The notes: a model not told the origin generated them from the letters alone. DNA of 64,000 nucleotides from Candidatus Woesebacteria bacterium GW2011_GWB1_39_12 (GCA_000993405.1 LBWB01000004.1:4861-68860), one strand, 5' to 3'; shown: positions 9,325-19,111, numbered from the stretch's first letter. Numbers and translations: made by a program.

Positions 9325-11025
9325 ATGCACCTGCCAATCGAGACAATCAAAAAAATAATTGTAGGAAGCGGCTTCGTAAGCGAGGCGGATTTTGACGACG
9401 CGGCCAAGACCGCAAGCGAACTAAATAAAGATATAGTCGATATTTTAATCTTCAGAGGCGCAATTAACGAGGACACAATAGGAAAACTTATTGCTGAACA
9501 CTACGGTATCCCTTTTGCCAATATTCGACGTTTGGACATTCCTTCTGATGTTCTTTCCCTGATTCCCGAAAAAATGGCCAGAGTTTATAAAATTGTTCCT
9601 TTTGGCCAGGAAGGAAAAGTTCTTAAGGTCGCCATGGAGAATCCGGAAGATTTTGAAGCTCTGGAATTTGCAAAACGGCATACAGGATTAGAGATTGAAC
9701 AATATTTTGCAACTCGGGACGATTTGGTAAAGGGCTTAGGTCAATATAAAAAAGGAATAAAAGAGGATTTTGAGAAAATAATTTCCGAAAATATAAAGAA
9801 AATTGGGGCCCCTGAAGTGGGAAGCGAGGAAGAAGAGGATCTGGCTAAGCTTGCAGAAAAAGTGCCGATTATAAAAATTTTAGACACGATCTTTAGTTAC
9901 GCGATTAGCGAGAAAGCCTCAGATATTCATATAGAAAGACAAGAAGAAGAAGTTGTTATTCGTTTTAGAATTGATGGAGTTTTGAGAGATATTGTTAAGT
10001 TTCCGAAAGGTGTCGAAGCGGCGCTTGTTGCCAGAATAAAAATTCTGTCGAATCTGAAAATTGACGAGCACAGGGTTCCGCAGGACGGAAGATATAAATT
10101 TATTATTGATGAGGATGTCGTATCGCTTAGAATTTCAATTATTCCTGGGTTTTACGGCGAAAATGTTGTAATGAGACTTCTGCAAGAGACAAATAGACCC
10201 TCAAGCCTTGAGGAACTTGGTTTAGTAGGCCATAACCTTGAGATTATTAGAGCCAATATTACAAGGCCCCACGGTATGATTCTTGTGACCGGTCCAACGG
10301 GTTCGGGAAAAACGACGACGCTTTATTCAATACTAAACATATTGAACACAATTGAAGTAAAGATTTGTACAATAGAAGACCCAATAGAATATGCCATAGG
10401 CAGAGTTACACAGATTCAAGTAAATACAAAAACAGGAGTGGAATTTGCGACCGGACTTAGAGCTTTAATGCGTCATGACCCTGACATAATCATGGTTGGG
10501 GAGATTAGGGATAACGAAACCGCAGAAATCGCGATACATTCGGCATTGACAGGACATTTGGTTCTTTCTACTCTTCATACAAATACTGCAGCCGGTGCGA
10601 TTCCAAGATTTTTGGATATGGGTTCTGAAGATTTTCTTTTGGCCTCAACCTTAAATGTCGTTATTGCACAAAGGCTGGTAAGAAAAATTTGTTCCTCATG
10701 TATAGTCAAATATACCCCTGACGAGATGATACGGAAAAAACTTACAAAAGATTTAGGAAATAGTCTTGAAGGGCAGAAGTTTTACAAAGGTCAGGGTTGT
10801 GGTCAATGCAATCATAAAGGGTATGTCGGAAGAATAGGAATTTATGAGGCATTACCGGTTAACGAAAAAATAAGGAGTCTTATCACGCAAAGAGCAACCA
10901 GCGACGAGATTCAAAAACAGGCAATTGCCGAAGGAATGACGACGATGCTTCAAGACGGACTCGACAAAGTTTCGTCAGGATTAACAACGATCGAGGAAGT
11001 GATAAGAGTAGTCAGGGAGAACTGA
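9325..11025 (+). CDS. pilB: Type IV pilus assembly ATPase PilB/GspE
   Basis: N-terminal GSPII domain, Walker A GPTGSGKTT, Asp/His boxes, C-terminal tetracysteine (CSSC…CGQC). Confidence 0.9.
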   Translation: MHLPIETIKKIIVGSGFVSEADFDDAAKTASELNKDIVDILIFRGAINEDTIGKLIAEHYGIPFANIRRLDIPSDVLSLIPEKMARVYKIVPFGQEGKVLKVAMENPEDFEALEFAKRHTGLEIEQYFATRDDLVKGLGQYKKGIKEDFEKIISENIKKIGAPEVGSEEEEDLAKLAEKVPIIKILDTIFSYAISEKASDIHIERQEEEVVIRFRIDGVLRDIVKFPKGVEAALVARIKILSNLKIDEHRVPQDGRYKFIIDEDVVSLRISIIPGFYGENVVMRLLQETNRPSSLEELGLVGHNLEIIRANITRPHGMILVTGPTGSGKTTTLYSILNILNTIEVKICTIEDPIEYAIGRVTQIQVNTKTGVEFATGLRALMRHDPDIIMVGEIRDNETAEIAIHSALTGHLVLSTLHTNTAAGAIPRFLDMGSEDFLLASTLNVVIAQRLVRKICSSCIVKYTPDEMIRKKLTKDLGNSLEGQKFYKGQGCGQCNHKGYVGRIGIYEALPVNEKIRSLITQRATSDEIQKQAIAEGMTTMLQDGLDKVSSGLTTIEEVIRVVREN

Positions 11026-11026
11026 T

Positions 11027-12238
11027 ATGCCTTTATATAAATACAAAGCAAAAGATAAGGAAGGAAAAATTATCGAAGACGTGGTTCAGGCGGGGAATAA
11101 AAAGGAGGCCGTATCTTTTTTACAATCAGATGAGTTTCAGATACTGACGATTAAGGCTTTAGAAAAAGGTGGATTTAATATTTTCGGAGGTGGGGTCTCG
11201 GTTTCAGAAAAGGCAGCTTTTTGCAGATTTCTTGCAACCATGTTGCGGGCCGGTCTGCCTTTGCCGGAAGCGCTTGACATAATTCGGCAAGAGACTCAAA
11301 GTAAGAAGCTCAAGGAAGTTCTTTTTGACACCTCTTTTCATATACGAAAGGGAGAGAGTATATCTTCTGTCCTTGCCAGATATAAGGAGGACTTTGACGC
11401 GGTATTTTTGACGATGGTAAAAGCGGGAGAAGAGTCGGGAACTTTGGAAAAATCATTTGACTATTTGGCAAAGCAACTTTTATCTTCTTATGAGTTATCT
11501 CAGAAAGTAAAAAGTTCCATGATGTATCCTTCGGTAATTATTGCGGCCATGGTTGCAAATGCAGGCATCATGCTTGGCTTTGTACTTCCAAAAATGAGTG
11601 ACGTATTTCTTTCTCTTAATGTCGAATTACCAGTGATTACAAGATTTGTGTTAAATCTTGGAAAAGGCGTAAGTGAGAATTTGGCACTTACTTTCGGGGC
11701 ATTCTTCAGTCTGATTTTTATTTTTATAATGCTGTTTCTTATTAAAAGAACGAGAACCGTAATTTTTTCTTTTATTGTAAAGCTACCCGTAATTTCCAAG
11801 GTCATGGATCAACTTGATACGGCCCGCTTTGCGAGAACTTTATCTACACTTCTTAAAAGCGGAGTTCCAATAATGGTTGCACTCGACGTTTCATCTGATG
11901 TTTTAAGACAACCTCATCTTAAAAAACAGGCAAAGGAATTTTCTGCCGGCGTTGCCAAAGGAGAAAGCTTGGCCGAAATTCTGACTAAGCATAAGAAATC
12001 TTTCCCTGTAACGATGGTTCAGACAATTCGCGCAGGCGAAAAAACAGGAAGTTTGGAGGTTGTTTTGGAAGAACTGGCATCCTTTTATGAAATGGAGGTT
12101 GATTATAGTTTAAAGCGCGCAACAGCTTTACTTGAACCTCTTTTGATGCTTATTATTGGAATTGCGGTAGGGGTAATGGTTGTTATTATGATTACGCCGA
12201 TTTACTCAGTAGTTTCGGGGTTAGATTCGGGATTATAA
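11027..12238 (+). CDS. pilC: Type IV pilus platform protein PilC/GspF
   Basis: Two GspF repeats, three TM segments, directly after pilB. Confidence 0.85.
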   Translation: MPLYKYKAKDKEGKIIEDVVQAGNKKEAVSFLQSDEFQILTIKALEKGGFNIFGGGVSVSEKAAFCRFLATMLRAGLPLPEALDIIRQETQSKKLKEVLFDTSFHIRKGESISSVLARYKEDFDAVFLTMVKAGEESGTLEKSFDYLAKQLLSSYELSQKVKSSMMYPSVIIAAMVANAGIMLGFVLPKMSDVFLSLNVELPVITRFVLNLGKGVSENLALTFGAFFSLIFIFIMLFLIKRTRTVIFSFIVKLPVISKVMDQLDTARFARTLSTLLKSGVPIMVALDVSSDVLRQPHLKKQAKEFSAGVAKGESLAEILTKHKKSFPVTMVQTIRAGEKTGSLEVVLEELASFYEMEVDYSLKRATALLEPLLMLIIGIAVGVMVVIMITPIYSVVSGLDSGL

Positions 12239-12243
12239 AGGTT

Positions 12244-12579
12244 ATGGCAAAGAACGAGAAAGGTGATGAAAAAAAAGTTGACGCTCCAATTTTATTTATT
12301 ATAATTTTATTTTTATTTTTTGTATCTTTTGGAATTTTAGTCTTCGGCTTTTTCAAACAAAGTAAAGTGTCAAAGGGTGGTAAAGATGCAGTAATTTTGG
12401 AAGAAGGGCAAAGAAAAGAAGACTCGTCATTAAGTGAGTACTTTAATGAGGAGTTTACAAAAAAGAATAATTTTGAAAACGGAGACTCTCGAGAGAGCGA
12501 TCCGTTTAGAGAAATCTGCGAAAAATCGCCTAATGAAGATTCCCCTGTTGTTACCTCGAATACAGTTTGTTTTTATTAA
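12244..12579 (+). CDS. Hypothetical small membrane protein
   Basis: One TM segment then acidic low-complexity tail. Confidence 0.3.
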   Translation: MAKNEKGDEKKVDAPILFIIILFLFFVSFGILVFGFFKQSKVSKGGKDAVILEEGQRKEDSSLSEYFNEEFTKKNNFENGDSRESDPFREICEKSPNEDSPVVTSNTVCFY

Positions 12580-12602
12580 AGCATTCAAGAAAACCGTGGA
12601 CT

Positions 12603-14006
12603 TTAATTTGATTTTACTTCTTTCCAGGAAAGGAATTGGTAAGCTCCATATGAAGGAAAGTAAGGTGGAGGGTCTCCAAAATTAGTTGGATCGTAGTCTA
12701 GGGTTGTTTTGACGAAACCCGAGGCAGGAGATCCCTGTCCACTACTAAAATTCCAATAAGATCTCTGATTACTGATGAGCGATCCGTAAAAATTAAACTC
12801 ATTCTTTTGTGAGTCTTGGCCCTGTCCTTGTTCTCTACAACCTTGTTTATTATAGTGGTGTCTTATCGTTCTTCCATTTTGAGCGAGGACTGCAGCGTGC
12901 AAGTCGAAGTATTCTGGAACGTCCCGAGTGAAGATTATGTCCTTTTCGGCCACCAGCCCTAATTTATGATTGCCGTCTTTAGCAAGATAGGTAAGATCCC
13001 CCATGATCCAAATATTGGCGTTAAATGTTCCAAGTGGGAATCGGGCTGCGGCGAGAGTTGTTTTTCCATTGACGATTCCTTCTACCCAAACCTGATCTTC
13101 AGCAAAGATGATGGGAGTTTCTGATAGAGCATATGTTCCCAAAGACACCTCTGATGTTATAACCTGCTGTAGGATTTCGCATCCATATTCGAGTGAGTAG
13201 CCGTTGATTGGCGATGTTCCGGTAACTCTATAGACGTCTACGTTTCCGTCGCTTGTATAGACAAGGTGATACCCTTGGGCACCTGACGGGCCAAGGTAAC
13301 CAGTAGGATTAGCCTGCGCCGCATCTCTCATAATGTTAAAATCGACTTTTATACTGTCAAAGTCTATTGGTACGGAAGGAAATGACCAAAGTTCGTCTAT
13401 TTCTCCGTTTCCCCAGACTCCAGGTTTTGTTTCGGGATTGGGAATACATCCTGATTCAACTCCACAAGTGTAGGTTTCTTTAGCGCTTTCAACAGTTGAA
13501 GAATTATGTCCATCCAACCTTATACCTCCATTTGAAAATACCGGTCCGTTGACAGTGATGTCGTCACCAAACCACATGTTCGAGTTGTGCAAAAATGCAT
13601 ATCGAGTTAGTACTACTTTTCCGTACTGGACTTCGATTGTTCTTTTAACTTTAGGGTATTGGTATAACCAGCCGGTTGACCTGATGGTAACAACTTGATG
13701 ACTTTCGGTGGGGGCTTCGATTTCTAATGCAAATTTACCTATAGCCTCACCCTGAGGATCGTTATATTCATGTTCATAAGGTTGTAAGTCTGGATTATTT
13801 GTTCCGTCTGTATAGTCATCTGGATCAATATCAAGGTGCCAGTGATAGTAGTTGATTCCGGCTTCGGCGATATTAAGAGCCCTTTCATTGGCAATTTGCC
13901 TTTGAGCGAAGTCGAACTGTAAAGAAAGTATAAATAAAAGTCCATAAATGATAATAATAAAAGCAGAAGCGATTACAAGTAGAGCCGGGGTAATAGTTCC
14001 TTTCAT
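12603..14006 (-). CDS. Large secreted pilus-associated protein (candidate minor pilin/tip protein)
   Basis: N-terminal hydrophobic anchor; last gene of a minus-strand three-gene operon with a prepilin gene; no recognisable catalytic domain. Confidence 0.4.
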   Translation of the reverse strand: MKGTITPALLVIASAFIIIIYGLLFILSLQFDFAQRQIANERALNIAEAGINYYHWHLDIDPDDYTDGTNNPDLQPYEHEYNDPQGEAIGKFALEIEAPTESHQVVTIRSTGWLYQYPKVKRTIEVQYGKVVLTRYAFLHNSNMWFGDDITVNGPVFSNGGIRLDGHNSSTVESAKETYTCGVESGCIPNPETKPGVWGNGEIDELWSFPSVPIDFDSIKVDFNIMRDAAQANPTGYLGPSGAQGYHLVYTSDGNVDVYRVTGTSPINGYSLEYGCEILQQVITSEVSLGTYALSETPIIFAEDQVWVEGIVNGKTTLAAARFPLGTFNANIWIMGDLTYLAKDGNHKLGLVAEKDIIFTRDVPEYFDLHAAVLAQNGRTIRHHYNKQGCREQGQGQDSQKNEFNFYGSLISNQRSYWNFSSGQGSPASGFVKTTLDYDPTNFGDPPPYFPSYGAYQFLSWKEVKSN

Positions 14007-14007
14007 G

Positions 14008-14649
14008 TCAGTTAAGCATTCTCAGTCTAACATCAGATTCCAATCTAAAGTCAAATTCGGGACTGTCAGCTTTGGGATTTGTTATTAAAATGATTTTTAT
14101 TTGTCTGGTGTCGGAGATGCGCAGATTTGAAGGAAGAGGGTTATTTGTTGTATCCGTTGGCCAGTCTGAATTGTAATAATAAAAGACCGGATTTGACGCA
14201 TTTCTTACAATGTCTGTTACTATTTTAGTTTTTTCAGTATCCGCAGGATAAGTAGCTGGTTCTCCAACCGGCTCGATGACGCCTTTTGTGAGTTCTGTTC
14301 CCGACAGGGTGTATCTTACTCTTTCAATTTCTTCGTCGTAATCTATGTCCGAGTAAAAGACTATTTCTTGGTCGTTGGGAACTTCCAAAGGGTATCCTCC
14401 GGTTCCACTTTGACGGGCGTCTCTTAATTCGCGGCTTAAGTTTGAAAGACTTAAGTTTGCGGCCTCTATTGCCAAATAATTTCGCCATGCAGTTACCTGA
14501 TTTTGACTTATTATAAATTGTAATCCCAAAAATCCCGCGGCGAGAATTACCAAGATTGCTGCAGAAACAAGAACTTCTATTAATGTGAAACCCCCCTCGC
14601 GTTGCGAGGAATTTCCAATTTCCAATTTCCAATTTCCAATTTCTTTCAT
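14008..14649 (-). CDS. Type IV pilin/pseudopilin with prepilin-type N-terminal cleavage/methylation motif
   Basis: MKEIGNWKLEIGNSSQREG-GFTLIEVLVSAAILVILAAG is a class III signal peptide; ATGA overlap with the upstream gene. Confidence 0.75.
   Translation of the reverse strand: MKEIGNWKLEIGNSSQREGGFTLIEVLVSAAILVILAAGFLGLQFIISQNQVTAWRNYLAIEAANLSLSNLSRELRDARQSGTGGYPLEVPNDQEIVFYSDIDYDEEIERVRYTLSGTELTKGVIEPVGEPATYPADTEKTKIVTDIVRNASNPVFYYYNSDWPTDTTNNPLPSNLRISDTRQIKIILITNPKADSPEFDFRLESDVRLRMLN
14612..14639 (-). repeat. (TTGGAAA)x4 heptanucleotide tandem repeat inside the pilin leader-peptide codons
   Basis: Minus-strand sequence atgaaagaa a ttggaaa ttggaaa ttggaaa ttggaaa ttcc. Confidence 0.9.
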
Positions 14650-15971
14650 TCTGGTGTGAGTATTACGTCAGCTTTTGTATATCCAGATATATCAAAACTT
14701 GAGTTGTAGTCCAAAAATCCTGCCGCCGTGGCAGTAAGGTTATATGTATCCTGAGAAAGAGAAAAAAGAACCTGTCCAAAATCTGGATTTCCAGATTCCC
14801 CAGTTGTCTTTATTTGGTCAAATCCACCCGGTCCGGTCAAATGCGCTGACGCTGAAGCAATCAAAGTTTGTGAGGGATTTTTGACTGTTAGGAAAAAGCT
14901 ATTATCTGTGTGCGAGGTAACCGAGAAAGTGAAATCTAAACTTGACCCCGGAGAAAGATTTAGAGGCAAGACTGGGGATGTTCCTGAAATATCGTAGGAT
15001 GTAACTGCTGGCATAAGGACTTGATATACGTCCCACTCCATGTTCGTGAGAGATTTATTACCAGAAGCATCGCTTACTAAAATCTGATCATATTTATACA
15101 CGGGTTGCGCCAGCGTATCAGTGCCGATTATTTTATTACCTCTTAAACGAAAAGTAACATTACCGAGGGAGGCAAAGTTATTTTCTCTTGAGTCGCGTGA
15201 GGTAATATTTAAAGTTGTCTCTCTATCGATAGCAAAGCTTACCTGAGTGACATTGTCTTGAAATACACTTACGTGTGGTTTTAGTGGGTTTGCGACTTCG
15301 CCTGTCGAATAGGTTCTATCGGTTGAGTAGTCTTCCTTGGTGACGGTAATCTGATAGCATTCGATACAGGGTGTCGCACCAGGACGAACAACCCTACCGT
15401 CAGAGTTGGTTAATACCGTTAAATTGACTGGTGGGTCAATTCCGTTGGCCACAATTGTAACTTCGGCTTGCGGAACCGGGTCACCGCTTGCGTCGAAAAC
15501 CTGAATGACAAGACCTCCTCCTTCAACGTCTACCAATGTTCCTATCGCAACATCACTAATAAGGATAATTGGATTTTTTCTCGAAGCGGCTAAGCCTTCC
15601 CACGAGGCCTCAATTCTTACCCTTTTATAGTCGGTATCAGCTCCAGCCCCATTGAAAGGATCATCAACATAAGATATATCGGTTTTAACTGTATAATTTA
15701 AGTCGTTTCTACGCACAATTTCTTCTTGTTCGATTATGCCATCAGGAATGCCGCCAACCGTTCCGACGTCTTCATAAGCTAGATTTCTGATAAGTTCCAT
15801 TTTCTCCTGAGCCAAATGTCGGGCAGTTATTCTTGTTTTATTGAGAGAGACCAAATCAAAAGAAGCTGCAATCAGTGTAAAAAGTGCATTAACCAATATA
15901 GAAAAAACGGCAATTGCAATAAGAATTGACAGGAGAATTTGTCCTTGGTTAGGATGGTTTTTGGGCAGCAT
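14646..15971 (-). CDS. Large pilus-associated secreted protein with a pilin-like N-terminal anchor (non-canonical)
   Basis: N-terminus …GQILLSILIAIAVFSILV…; first gene of the minus-strand pilus operon. Confidence 0.4.
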   Translation of the reverse strand: MLPKNHPNQGQILLSILIAIAVFSILVNALFTLIAASFDLVSLNKTRITARHLAQEKMELIRNLAYEDVGTVGGIPDGIIEQEEIVRRNDLNYTVKTDISYVDDPFNGAGADTDYKRVRIEASWEGLAASRKNPIILISDVAIGTLVDVEGGGLVIQVFDASGDPVPQAEVTIVANGIDPPVNLTVLTNSDGRVVRPGATPCIECYQITVTKEDYSTDRTYSTGEVANPLKPHVSVFQDNVTQVSFAIDRETTLNITSRDSRENNFASLGNVTFRLRGNKIIGTDTLAQPVYKYDQILVSDASGNKSLTNMEWDVYQVLMPAVTSYDISGTSPVLPLNLSPGSSLDFTFSVTSHTDNSFFLTVKNPSQTLIASASAHLTGPGGFDQIKTTGESGNPDFGQVLFSLSQDTYNLTATAAGFLDYNSSFDISGYTKADVILTPE

Positions 15972-16039
15972 GGATTACTTTCAGGATGAGAAAAGAAAAT
16001 TCTTTCTCGATTGATATTAAGTATAGCATCTGTAATAAT

Positions 16040-16190
16040 CAATGTAGAAGAAATCCTAAATCCTAAATTCGAAACAAATTCAAAATACTAAATTCAAATA
16101 ATCAAAACTTTTATTGGTCTTGTTTTAGATTTGGAACCTTTGATATTAGATATTGTTTCGGATTTCGTGCTTAGAGTTTAGAATTTCCCT
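16040..16190 (+). repeat. Copy B of the ~140 bp intergenic repeat in a divergent promoter region
   Basis: See copy A; ends with gtgcttagagtttagaattt followed by hairpin ccctgcagagcaggg. Confidence 0.6.
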
Positions 16191-16210
16191 GCAGAGCAGG
16201 GACCTGCCCT

Positions 16211-17188
16211 ATGTTCGGAAAGTCATTCGTATCAATATATTTTTTGCCTAATAAACTTTTAGTAATCGAAGTTTCTTCAAACAGGAAGAAAGTCGTTAGA
16301 CATGCATCTGTAGATTTGCCAGACGGTTTAATTGAAAATTACAAAGTTATCGATCCTGTAAATTTGGCTAAGATTTTAAAAAGTGTCTGGAACAAATTTC
16401 ACTTCAATGAAAAAACGGTTGGACTAATCTTGCCTGAGTTTTCCATTTTTACGAAGTTATTGAAAATTCCCCGTCTTGCGATGTCGGAATTAAATGAGGC
16501 GGTTAATTGGCAGGCGCAAGAGTATTTACCTACACAAATAAGTCAACTCATTACTGACTGGAAAATCGTCGATAGGTCGAGTGGTGGTTTTGATATTTTG
16601 TTGGTGGCAGTAAATAAGGATCTTCTGATGGGATATGTGGAAGGGGTAGAGAAAGCCGGACTTTTTCCTTTGATGGTAGAAATCCCTTCGGTTGGTCTGG
16701 TTAGGCTTTTACAAAAAGGCGATATGGCAAATTTGATAATTTGTAAAAACTTTGGCGAGACGATCCTTATAATTTCTCAAAATGAAAAGATCATAGGCAC
16801 CTCGGTTATTCACAGTCAAAGTCCAGATGAATTAGTAAAAACAGCATTACGAATGATCAATCACTACAAAGAAACCAAAGTCGACAAAATATTATTTGGT
16901 GGACTTGAAATAAACGAGGAAATTACCCAGAAAGTTACCAATGCTATTAAGTTACCAATAGAGAGGCTAAAATTTAGCATTAAGAATCTTGATGAAAATA
17001 AGATTCAAGAATACCTTATTCCTTTGTCGATGTCGGGAACAGAGGTTTCTGAACCCTCAGATCCATCATCGCTTAATTTACTGCCTTTATACCTTGTCGA
17101 AAAGTACAAGAAAGAAAGATTAAAGCTTCAAGTTTGGAGTCTAACATTGACGATAACTTTATTTGTTTGGATTTCCTTTTTGGTATAA
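16211..17188 (+). CDS. pilM: Type IV pilus assembly protein PilM (actin-like ATPase fold); its 3' end encodes a PilN-like N-terminus
   Basis: PilM family N-terminus; C-terminal …SLNLLPLYLVEKYKKERLKLQVWSLTLTITLFVWISFLV equals the PilN INLLP motif plus TM helix. Confidence 0.75.
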   Translation: MFGKSFVSIYFLPNKLLVIEVSSNRKKVVRHASVDLPDGLIENYKVIDPVNLAKILKSVWNKFHFNEKTVGLILPEFSIFTKLLKIPRLAMSELNEAVNWQAQEYLPTQISQLITDWKIVDRSSGGFDILLVAVNKDLLMGYVEGVEKAGLFPLMVEIPSVGLVRLLQKGDMANLIICKNFGETILIISQNEKIIGTSVIHSQSPDELVKTALRMINHYKETKVDKILFGGLEINEEITQKVTNAIKLPIERLKFSIKNLDENKIQEYLIPLSMSGTEVSEPSDPSSLNLLPLYLVEKYKKERLKLQVWSLTLTITLFVWISFLV

Positions 17189-17558
17189 AGCCGAAAGTTT
17201 AAAAAATCAAAAAGTTACACAACAAGGGCAAGAAGCACTAAAGGATGTGACTTTAATAAATACAATTTCTGACAAAATTCTTAAAATCAAAAAGGAGTTT
17301 ACCTTGACACAGGAAATTTTAAATAAAATTCAAAGGGCAAGAGTGACGGGAATAATTCTCAATAGTTATGATCTAGATTTAGATAGGGGACTTGTTAGAT
17401 TGTCGGGTGTTTCATCTGACAGAAATACTTTGGTAGAGTTTAAAAGAAACCTGGAATCAAATGATGACTTTTCCGAAGTAGCCATACCGATATCCAATTT
17501 TGAGGAAGAATTCAATTTGGAATTTGAAATAACCTTTTCATATAAGGGCAGTAAATAA
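17163..17558 (+). CDS. pilN: PilN periplasmic-domain fragment in a different frame from the pilM 3' end (TTG start in ORF track)
   Basis: Follows the PilN-type TM encoded in the pilM frame; junction at T5 run 17176-17180. Confidence 0.45.
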   Translation: MFGFPFWYKAESLKNQKVTQQGQEALKDVTLINTISDKILKIKKEFTLTQEILNKIQRARVTGIILNSYDLDLDRGLVRLSGVSSDRNTLVEFKRNLESNDDFSEVAIPISNFEEEFNLEFEITFSYKGSK

Positions 17559-17561
17559 CAT

Positions 17562-18347
17562 ATGGCATCAAAAGATAATCAAACAAAAAAGGCGGGCCCT
17601 CAAGAGCAAAATCTTGAAACCGGTAATGAAAATAAATACTTAACCGATATAAAGGAGCTGCCGCCCGAGAATAAAGAGGAAAAGAAGAATCCTCAAGTTC
17701 AACCACAAAAGGAGACGAAAAAGATAGCTCCCGAGGTAAAAGCTGCCTTAGTTCCGAAAGAGCCTGTGGAAAACGAAAGTATTTCTGAAGAAGAGGAAGT
17801 CGGTGGAACTAAAAACTTCCCGCTATCTGCTAAAGACGTTATTTTAGGAATAATAAATTTAGTTTCGATTATACTTCTTATTATTATTCTTGTCAGACTT
17901 CCAGAAAAAGCTAAGGAATTGAAAGACCTAAAGTCCGAGAAAATTTTAAGCGAAGCCAATATCTCGTATGAGTTTTTAGAAATAGAAGAGGCCAAGGAAA
18001 GGATAGTTACACTTGAGGCACTTTTTTTGGACGAACCGGGGGTTGTAAATTTTGTTAACGAAGTTGAAAAATTAAAAACTGAAGGAAGTGTAATTCAGAA
18101 AGTTACGTTCGTAAGCCAAAAGGTCGTGAAGGACAAAACCGGGAGCTACGGAATACCGATAGTGATTGAGCTTGTAGGCGGTTGGGAGGCAATTGCGGCA
18201 GATCTTGAAAAAATAGACTCCCTACCTTTTCTTTTTAGACCTATTAGAGTGGAAGCTGAAAAGTCACTCAAAGAGGAAGAAGCGGGTGTGATAGTATATA
18301 AATACGGAGTTTTCTTATATGTCAAAGATGAATTGGGAAAAGATTGA
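17562..18347 (+). CDS. PilO-like bitopic pilus assembly protein (hypothetical)
   Basis: Lys/Glu-rich N-terminus, single TM, position after pilM/pilN. Confidence 0.35.
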   Translation: MASKDNQTKKAGPQEQNLETGNENKYLTDIKELPPENKEEKKNPQVQPQKETKKIAPEVKAALVPKEPVENESISEEEEVGGTKNFPLSAKDVILGIINLVSIILLIIILVRLPEKAKELKDLKSEKILSEANISYEFLEIEEAKERIVTLEALFLDEPGVVNFVNEVEKLKTEGSVIQKVTFVSQKVVKDKTGSYGIPIVIELVGGWEAIAADLEKIDSLPFLFRPIRVEAEKSLKEEEAGVIVYKYGVFLYVKDELGKD

Positions 18348-18555
18348 TAAATTTTATATAGTTTTTGTCGTCGTAATGATACTCTTGGCCGTTCTTGTTA
18401 TTATGTCTTTTCGTGGAGTCTTTAATGCCTACCTTATTGCTTTTGAGATAGACCAAAAGGGGGAAGATGAACTTATCATTAAGAAAGATAATTTGAATGA
18501 AGCTTATTCTTGGGCATTGGAAAAAAAGACTTTACCGCTGGAGGTAAGAGAATGA
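18319..18555 (+). CDS. Small single-TM protein preceding the pilin gene
   Basis: ORF with N-terminal TM helix. Confidence 0.3.
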   Translation: MSKMNWEKIDKFYIVFVVVMILLAVLVIMSFRGVFNAYLIAFEIDQKGEDELIIKKDNLNEAYSWALEKKTLPLEVRE

Positions 18556-19064
18556 AAAAAATTGGAAATTGGAAATTGGAAATTGGAAATTTGCCGCGAA
18601 GCGTGCGGGGGTTTACTCTGATGGAACTTTTGGTTGTAATGGCTATAATAGGGATCTTGTCAACGGTAATCATAGTTGGGGTGAACCCAGGGAGACAATT
18701 AGCAAAAGCAAGAGATACAGAAAGAAATACTGACCTCGTAGCCATACTTTCTTCGATCCTGCAGTATTCTCAGGAACATAGCGGTGATCTTCCTGATACG
18801 GATGGGGATCCGGATACGAGTAATTTTCCCACGTCAGCAACCTGTATTGGGACGGGAGTTGGTTGTTTTGATTTAGCCGGAGCCGGAGAGACAGGAGATG
18901 AAATCGTGCCTGTATATATGGTTACAATGCCGACTGATCCTAAATTTGCGGATGGAACCGATCCACAAGCCGACACCGGCTACACAATTTATGTTGATAC
19001 CAACGGCCGCCTTCACACTTCAGCAACAGGAGAAATCGATACCCCAATAACTGTGGATAGGTAG
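18552..19064 (+). CDS. pilA: Type IV pilin (PilA-like, candidate major pilin); start at MKKIGN with GGAGGT RBS
   Basis: MKKIGNWKLEIGNLPRSVRG-FTLMELLVVMAIIGILS class III signal; RBS ggaggt at 18539-18544. Confidence 0.8.
   Translation: MKKIGNWKLEIGNLPRSVRGFTLMELLVVMAIIGILSTVIIVGVNPGRQLAKARDTERNTDLVAILSSILQYSQEHSGDLPDTDGDPDTSNFPTSATCIGTGVGCFDLAGAGETGDEIVPVYMVTMPTDPKFADGTDPQADTGYTIYVDTNGRLHTSATGEIDTPITVDR
18562..18589 (+). repeat. (TTGGAAA)x4 heptanucleotide tandem repeat inside the pilin leader-peptide codons
   Basis: atgaaaaaa a ttggaaa ttggaaa ttggaaa ttggaaa tttgcc. Confidence 0.9.
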
Positions 19065-19111
19065 AACTTTTTTCCGGGACAAGTACAAGGAGGAAGGAAA
19101 TTATCTTAAAG

